Positions 57,329 through 64,000 of a stretch of DNA of 64,000 bases are shown here, one piece after another. Position 1 is the stretch's first letter. Each line of letters opens with the position of its first letter. The stretch comes from Macrostomum lignano. Taxonomy: Eukaryota. The notes under the pieces are model-generated. The model made no database searches. It was not told where the DNA came from and saw nothing but the letters and a program-made list of their open reading frames with translations. Made by a program: the position numbers and the translations under genes. The stretch is taken from NCBI GenBank assembly GCA_002269645.1, contig NIVC01001165.1, forward strand, positions 282,261-346,260. The letters are read 5' to 3'.

Positions 57329-60300
57329 TGTTGTGGGTTGATGGCTTTGCCATAGACATTTTTGTTACGCGACTGCGTTGATGAATTGAACCATGCTATT
57401 AAGTTATGAAATAAATAATAGACGCGTCAGAGGTCAACAGACCGCTAGACTGACAATTGCTAAAGGCTAAAGCCAAAAGCACAACAGTGGCGTCGGCAAG
57501 CATAGGCTACGAAAATGCCTGGAAGTACGCCAGCATCGCCAACTAAAGGAGTTGGTAAAACGGTTTCGAGCGACAAAGCACCACCGCTTGCGATCTCGTC
57601 GAAATCAGTCCAAGCGACAAAGTCGGCAACAGCGACTAGTACCCAAGCGCACAAGTATCGAGAGGACAGCAAGTTGACATCGAAAAACTTGATGAAAGTT
57701 CGAACTTCCAGAGGTGGTTGGACCGATTCACACTGTGCAGCGAACTCAACGGCTGGCAGGACGACACGAAAAACAAGCTGCTGCTGATGAAGCTCAGCAC
57801 CAAGCTGTACGACGCATTGGCAGATCGAGCCGCTCCCAAGAAGCCGGGAGATAAGAGCTTCGATGAACTGACCAAACTACTGGCCAGCATCCTGGAACCA
57901 AAGACGTTCGTCATGGCTGAGAGATTCAATTTCCAGCATATCACTCGCACGGCATCAATGAGCATTCGTGAGTATGCACAGCAACTCTGCATGCAGGCAG
58001 ACAAGTGTCAGTTTGGCCTATCCAGAGATGAGAGACTGAGAGATCAGCTCGTATTCGGTTTGAATGACAAGGTGGCCATCAGCAAGTTTTTGGAACTTGG
58101 CGCACCAGAACCTATCACAAACGCAAATACTAAAGGGTTGCACCAGTCAGCCGCAGTCTTCTGAAGTAATGAAAATTTCAGCATCGGTGACCAGAGGCTC
58201 CCACTCTACAAGCTCCAAGTGTGGCAGATGTGGCACAATGCATGGCTCCAATGGAGGGTGTCCTGCGAAAGGAAAAACGTGCAACAAATGTGGCATGCAA
58301 AACCACTTCGCAACAGTTTGCAAAACGAAATCAACTGGTTTTGGCAAAGGCCGAAAATCGTTCAAAAGCCCGCCAGCATCTGGTCAATTTAGGCGAGCTG
58401 CAGTGTGCCAAGGACCACAAGCTTTGTAGATGCAAGCGAAGCTGAACAGGAGGATTGTTTTCACATTCGACATCCCGTTGATAGCTACACCGTGCCTGTT
58501 AGGCTCAGACACACGAGCGGGTCGATGCTTAGCGTGAACGCACAAATCGATACTGGGGCAGGAGTTTCGGTAATGTCAAAAACGATCTGGAAACGATTGG
58601 GTTGTCCAAAGCTGACACCTACAGACACTGTTCTGACAACATACGCTGATACGCAGATGAAGGTCTTTGGAACACACGACACTGAGTTGGAGTACAATGA
58701 TGAGTTCATTCCAATCACATTCTTCATTGTGGAATCGCAGAGGAACTTTGTTCTGTTTGGCCGAGACAAGCTCAATTTCACGCTAAACGCTGTAGACAAC
58801 AGCTGCACATCGGCAACCCAGTCATGCGAATTTCCACCAGTAACTCTTAAGATCAAGGAAGGAACCACTCCAATTCATTGCAAACCCAGGCCGCTACCCT
58901 TCGCACTCAGACAGGGAGTCAAGGATGAAATCGATCGGTTGCTTGAAGAAGACACCATCAAGCCCGTCAAGTTCAGTGAATGGGCCTCACCAATTGTCGT
59001 GGTCAAGAAACCTTCTGGAAAGCTCAGACTTTGCGTCGACTACAAGGTGACAATCAATTCTCATCTTATCAACGATTCATATCCGATGCCTGCACCTGAC
59101 GAAGTGATTGCAACTGCTGCTGGCAGCCGGATATACACTCGTCTGGACCTAGAGAAAGCTTATCACCAGATCCCACTAGATGAAGCTTCCAAAGAGCTGA
59201 CAGTAATGTCAACACCATTTGGGATGTTCGCTTTCAACAAGCTTCCGTTCGGAGTGAAAACAGCACCTGCGATCTTCCAGCGGTACATTAGCCAAGTCCT
59301 ACAAGGAATTCCTGGCGTCATTGCCTACGTAGACGACATATTGATATGCGGCAAAGGCGTAGAACAATTGGCAGTTCGTGAGACGGAAGTATTGCATCGA
59401 CTAAACCAGCAAGGATTGAAGATCAACACGGCGAAAAGTGAATTCCGCAAGACTTCGATCAAGTTTCTAGGCTACTTATTGGAAGGAGATCAGCTCAAGC
59501 CGGACCCAGCCAAAGGAAGGCAATCCAGGACATGACACCACCGCAGAACGTTGGCGAGCTTGAATCCTTCCTGGGTCTCGTAAATTTTAGCGGCAAGTTC
59601 ATCAGAAACCTAGCTGCACTGACCAAGCCTCTCAATCGACTAAGAAAGAAAAATGAGGACTTCGTGTGGACAAAGGAGTGTCAAATAGCATTTGACGAAA
59701 TCAAGGTCACCTCTCTGATCAATCGAGTCTTCAAATATTTGATCCGGAGAAGCCCATTGAACTGGAATGCGACAGTTCTCAGCGAGCTCTGGGCGGAGTG
59801 TTGACACAAAGCGGTCAAGTCGTGCTGTACATGAGCAAGACTCTGTCTGACGCCGAAACAAAATATTCGCAAATAGAGCGTGAAGGCCTGGCACTGGTTT
59901 GGTGCATTCAAAGATGCCATCGGTTCTTGTATGGCCGGAGGTTCACACTGATAACTGATCACCGGCCCCTCACATGCATATTCGCGCCAGACAAACAGCT
60001 GCCCACCAGAGTTTCAGCTCGACTACAACGATGGGCAATCATGCTAGCTGCTTATGACTATGTCATACAGTATCGACCATCAAAGCTAATGCTGTCGGAT
60101 GCGCTATCTCGACTGGTGCCCGCTAAGCCGAATGCACAGACAGCATCGATTGGACTCCTCGAAGCTGACAACCCGGGAGTAATTCAGCTGGATCGCATTG
60201 CACACGCAACCAGAGAGGACCCGGAGTTCAGATGCCTGGGCGCAGCCATAATTAACAATAATCTATTTGACGACCCACACCTACTCAGCTACTCGAAGGT

Positions 60301-61617
60301 TCAAGATGAGCTAACTGTCAATGATGGAATTATTTACAGAATGAACAGAATTGTATTGCCTCGTGTCCTGAGAGAAACTGCCCTGGCAGCTGTACACTCA
60401 ACGCACCTTGGGGTGGAAAAGTCAAAGTCAATTTTGAGGGAACAGTTCTGGTGGCCACAGATGGACCGTGACATCGCTGACTACATTGGACGATGCAACG
60501 TGTGCAACGCGTACAAGTCCAGAAATAAGAACTTTCGGCACTCGTGGCCAGAACCTGACAACCCCTGGAAGCGAGTGCACATTGATTTTGCCGGTCCGAT
60601 AGAGGGCAAGTACCTACTCATCATTGTGGATGCGCACTCGAGCTACCCGGAAGTCTTCATCACGAGCGACATGAAGGCCGACACAGTCATTTCCAGACTT
60701 AGAAGATTGTTCTTACAACAGGGGGTGCCCAAGTGTCTCGTGTCAGACAATGGCCCTAGTTTTGTGAGCGAAGCGGTGACCGGCTGGCTCACCCAGATTG
60801 GCTGTTCGCACATCACAACGCCCGCCTACCATCCACAGAGCAACGGCATTGCAGAGCGAATGGTGCGAACCGTCAAAGAGACAATCAAGACCAATGGTTT
60901 ATCCCAAAGAAGTATTGACAGATTTCTACTGTTCTACAAAGCTGCCAAAGGGAAGCAGCAAGCATCACCGTCCGAGTTGTTGAACGGCAGGCAAATAAGA
61001 CTCCCCATCTCGGAGAGCAGCACTCAGTTCAAGTGGATCCCAGAAGAATCACTCATCTACCGTGCATCGAGTTCTCATGAGCCACGAACTGTGAGATTCG
61101 CCAAAATGCTTGGCAGCAACACAGCAGTCGTCACCACAGAGACTGGACGAAATCTAAAGACCCACCTCGATCAACTACGAATCGGTGAGGTACCTGAGGC
61201 TCACGGAACTACGGAAATGGGGGATTCCAAGCCCGGTGGCAACGGTCCAAGTGACGACGGCCAACAGACGCGTCCGTCATCGACAGACACTGAGATACTA
61301 CCGGGAACAGAACAAGCTGAGAGAGCACAACAGCAACAGACTGAGGTTGGAGTTCAATCCAAGCCGTCACCCAGGCGAAGCGAACGCTTGGCCAAGAAAA
61401 CTAGAATTTTTTATCGCACCTGAGTGATAATTGTACACCTACCTATAGAAGAGGGAGGGTGTTGTGGGTTGATGGCTTTGCCATAGACATTTTTGTTACG
61501 CGACTGCGTTGATGAATTGAACCATGCTATTGAGTTATGAAATAAATAATAGACGCGTCAGAGGTCAACAGACCGCTAGACTGACAATTGCTAAAGGCTA
61601 AAGCCAAAAGCACAACA
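57329..61617 (+). mobile_element. Ty3/Gypsy LTR retrotransposon, Mag-like, full length
   Basis: 158-bp LTRs (57329-57486, 61460-61617) with TGTTGTG...CACAACA ends and one mismatch. 5-bp TSD AGTTT. PBS-like TGGCGTCGG at 57488. PPT AGAAGAGGGAGGG at 61447-61459. Confidence 0.95.
57515..61423 (+). pseudogene. gag-pol polyprotein of the Gypsy element, broken by about 5 frameshifts
   Basis: Gag Zn-knuckle region CGRCGTMH...CPAKGKTCNKCGMQNHFATVC, protease IDTGAG, RT YVDD, RNase H CDSS, integrase HLG/CxxC/IDFAGP/SDNG/SNGIAER, distributed over ORFs at 57515, 57718, ~58200, 58405, 59532 and 59798. Confidence 0.88.
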
Positions 61618-61850
61618 AGTTTACTAAATAATATACTGCATGTAATTTGAGGATTTGAGCAAAAATAGGCATGGATGCCACACTCTATATCTGCTTGTAT
61701 AATAATTTGTTTGTGGTAAAACGTACCAGACATTTATCTACATGTACATGAGCATGAAGCGCTGAAAATCTAGTATTTATCTCTGAAAAACTTGCATGCC
61801 AATTGAAAAAAATTATTTCGATTTTTCAATCATTTCACAGATAAAAAGCC

Positions 61851-62195
61851 ATGAGCAAAGTCGAGACCGAATCAAAAATTTCAACAGTGAGCCAAGTAGA
61901 TGACTTCTTCGTGAATGTCCAAATCCACTTTAGTCCGGCGTTTCGAGACCAGTTCGACCTGCTAGTGCACGGCATCTACGTTGAGAAAATCACAGGCAAC
62001 ATGTCCATCCAGGGGTTCGAAGTCGACCGGGACAGGTTCGGGCACAACCGGTTCGATGTGCTGGTGAACGACCGGATCATCTTCACGCGCACTCTGCGGC
62101 CCTACCTGAACACTCCAAGAACGGACGACGTTGTTAGACAGGTGCGCAATCAGTATGGCGGCTCGCCTGTCTTTGAAATTGACCGGTCAAATTAA
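61851..62195 (+). CDS. Small protein resembling the Rdx/SelW/MIEN1 thioredoxin-like family, without CxxC/CxxU
   Basis: RFDVLVNDRIIFTR...PRTDDVVRQVR resembles the Rdx pattern FEV.VNG.LIFSK...FP..EEV...I. Coding-like GC content in AT-rich flanks; acceptor ttcacag just upstream of the ATG. Confidence 0.45.
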   Translation: MSKVETESKISTVSQVDDFFVNVQIHFSPAFRDQFDLLVHGIYVEKITGNMSIQGFEVDRDRFGHNRFDVLVNDRIIFTRTLRPYLNTPRTDDVVRQVRNQYGGSPVFEIDRSN

Positions 62196-62819
62196 TGACA
62201 TTTGTGTAAGAAGATCGAATTAAGTTGGACTTACAGGCTCAAGGTCACGAAACGAACGGAAGGAACGAATCAGTAAAAACAGTTTGAACAATTTAACTTG
62301 ATTGGTTTGGCTTGTCGTTTAATATAATGACAATGTATACATACATGTATTTATTTGTTGTAATTTTTTGTGATTACTGCATATTGTTTCCAAATGCTGT
62401 ACATTCATAACTCACAATTTAATTTACAAGCGCATAGGAGCGTGCAGTGAAAGGTACCATGCAGTAATTAAGGTTTTACAGTTAAGAAAATTTTGATTGT
62501 ATGAACGCCGATCATAAAAAAGACTCATCGGGAGGAACTGCAGAAATTTCTTAGGGCTACGAGTACTGTAGGGAGGGTACGTGTTGAACTTTTAAAGAAT
62601 CGCTGTGTCAACACTTTATGATTTATGGGGAAACTGCTAAAGATGTCAAGGGGAATAGCGAGCTGCCAAGTGTCAATCGGGAGTTTTTGGTAGGCCAAGC
62701 ATAGGAAGGGACAGTTAGGGGTTAAGCCATGGCTTAAGGAGAAGAATTGATGCTAAAGCTCAAATGGGATGCTGTAATCTTCGGCTAGTAGCTGCACTTT
62801 TTGCTTTAAACATAATTTT

Positions 62820-63044
62820 CCCTAAGAAACTAACAATATACATGAAAATGAATACGACATCCATACGACATTGCGACATACATACGATGTAAAAACGACG
62901 TAGATACAATATCGAAACGACATACATACGACGTCGAAACGATATAAATACGATGTCGAAACGACGTAGTAGGGCGGGGACAAACCACGACGTCGAAACG
63001 ATATCGCAAAACGACGTCGTTTCGACATCGTTTTTCCCAGTGGG
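62820..63044. repeat. CpG-rich quasi-palindromic repeat (ACGACGTCGAAAC), MITE-like fragment
   Basis: Repeated ACGACGTCGAAACGA motifs and their inverse GTTTCGACATCGT. Confidence 0.5.
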
Positions 63045-63917
63045 AGTGACGGTGCAAACTCAAAAGCTACATATAGTTTATTAAAAATTCCACTCCTTTC
63101 TAATTGTTGCCTTCCTAACGTGAGCCGCGAAGATAGCTACACTAGCCAGTCACAATTCTAAAATTTGGAGCTTGTGCAAAGGCGACTCGTTTCAATATGA
63201 AATATGTGCAGCACGTTCAAACACGGGAAATATGCAGTATTTAATGAAAAAAGATTTCTTAAATCTGAAAATTAGATTTCTTATCAACAAAGCCATCAAA
63301 TTAGTTTGGTAATGCGTAAGCCACAAAATTATTTGAAACATTTGTCTATAATATATTTGTATTTATAACTGCATGTATTCGCGCTGCTACAGGACCAGTG
63401 CGGTTTGTGAGAGTTCATTTCGTTTTCGAGAAGCAACACGGTGATTTTTGCAATTTTGTATTTTGTTATTGTGCTTCTTGGTTGTAGACGATGCAAAATA
63501 CAAAATGTGTTTAGAGTACAAAGTTCTGCAGAGAGTAAGCAAGATTATGCAATAAATTTCAACAGCAACCGTAAATTATAGCAAAATGAGGCTGCAAGAA
63601 TTAGTTGGTTTGCAAATTTCTATGCAAGAAGCACTCCAAGCAAGCTGATGAATGTGACTGTTTGAGTAGAGTTTGCCAGAGCAGAGTATAGAAAACAATC
63701 TGATAAATTTATTGAGAACAGCTATGAGTAACAAGCAGAGTAAGAACTGTGACTCATGTGAGCGTACCACAGGACAAGTGCAAGCCAAAGGCCTGAGAGA
63801 GCGAATGAGCTTTAAACTTGAGTTAGCCGTGCACTGATATTCGCACTTCTCCCAAACGAGTCGGGCACAAAGCCTGTCTGTCAAAGTTGAATGTAATTTA
63901 GTTTGCAACATCTCGCA

Positions 63918-64000
63918 ATGGAAGCTGGAAGGATTAGCATGGACCGACAGAATCTGCTAGCGGAGATCAACAAGCTGGTACAGTGGCGGTCATTTGGTGC
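63918..64000 (+). CDS. Possible start of a further gene, truncated by the window end
   Basis: ATG GAA GCT... open to the end: MEAGRISMDRQNLLAEINKLVQWRSFG. Confidence 0.25.
   Translation, partial: MEAGRISMDRQNLLAEINKLVQWRSFG

Overview
Repeat-rich animal genomic DNA. The intron style and GC-rich codons suggest a flatworm such as Macrostomum, but that is a guess. The window is dominated by a cytoplasmic dynein-1 heavy chain gene on the minus strand (ATG 53741 to stop 6589, about 4620 aa after correcting two 1-nt frameshifts). Three things stand out. (1) An 8,840-bp Polinton/Maverick-derived element sits in dynein intron 3 (36377-45216; 6-bp TSD GACTTT; ~1.3-kb TIRs; ACTACT...AGTAGT termini). 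It carries only two divergent genes, a 7-exon protein-primed DNA polymerase B and a tandem PC4-like ssDNA-binding protein, with no visible integrase, capsid, ATPase or maturation protease. (2) Two equal-length (196 nt), equal-phase exons encode alternative versions of the dynein microtubule-binding domain. (3) A hidden exon at 8163 could end the heavy chain at roughly the point where yeast dynein ends, removing the C-terminal cap. Also present: an MRGBP/Eaf7 gene, a near-intact Mag-like Ty3/Gypsy LTR retrotransposon, a SelW/Rdx-like ORF lacking the redox motif, mariner and hAT-like remnants, a polarised interspersed repeat family, and many intronic minisatellites. Scattered 1-nt frameshifts suggest assembly indel errors. 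All calls were made by eye, without database searches.
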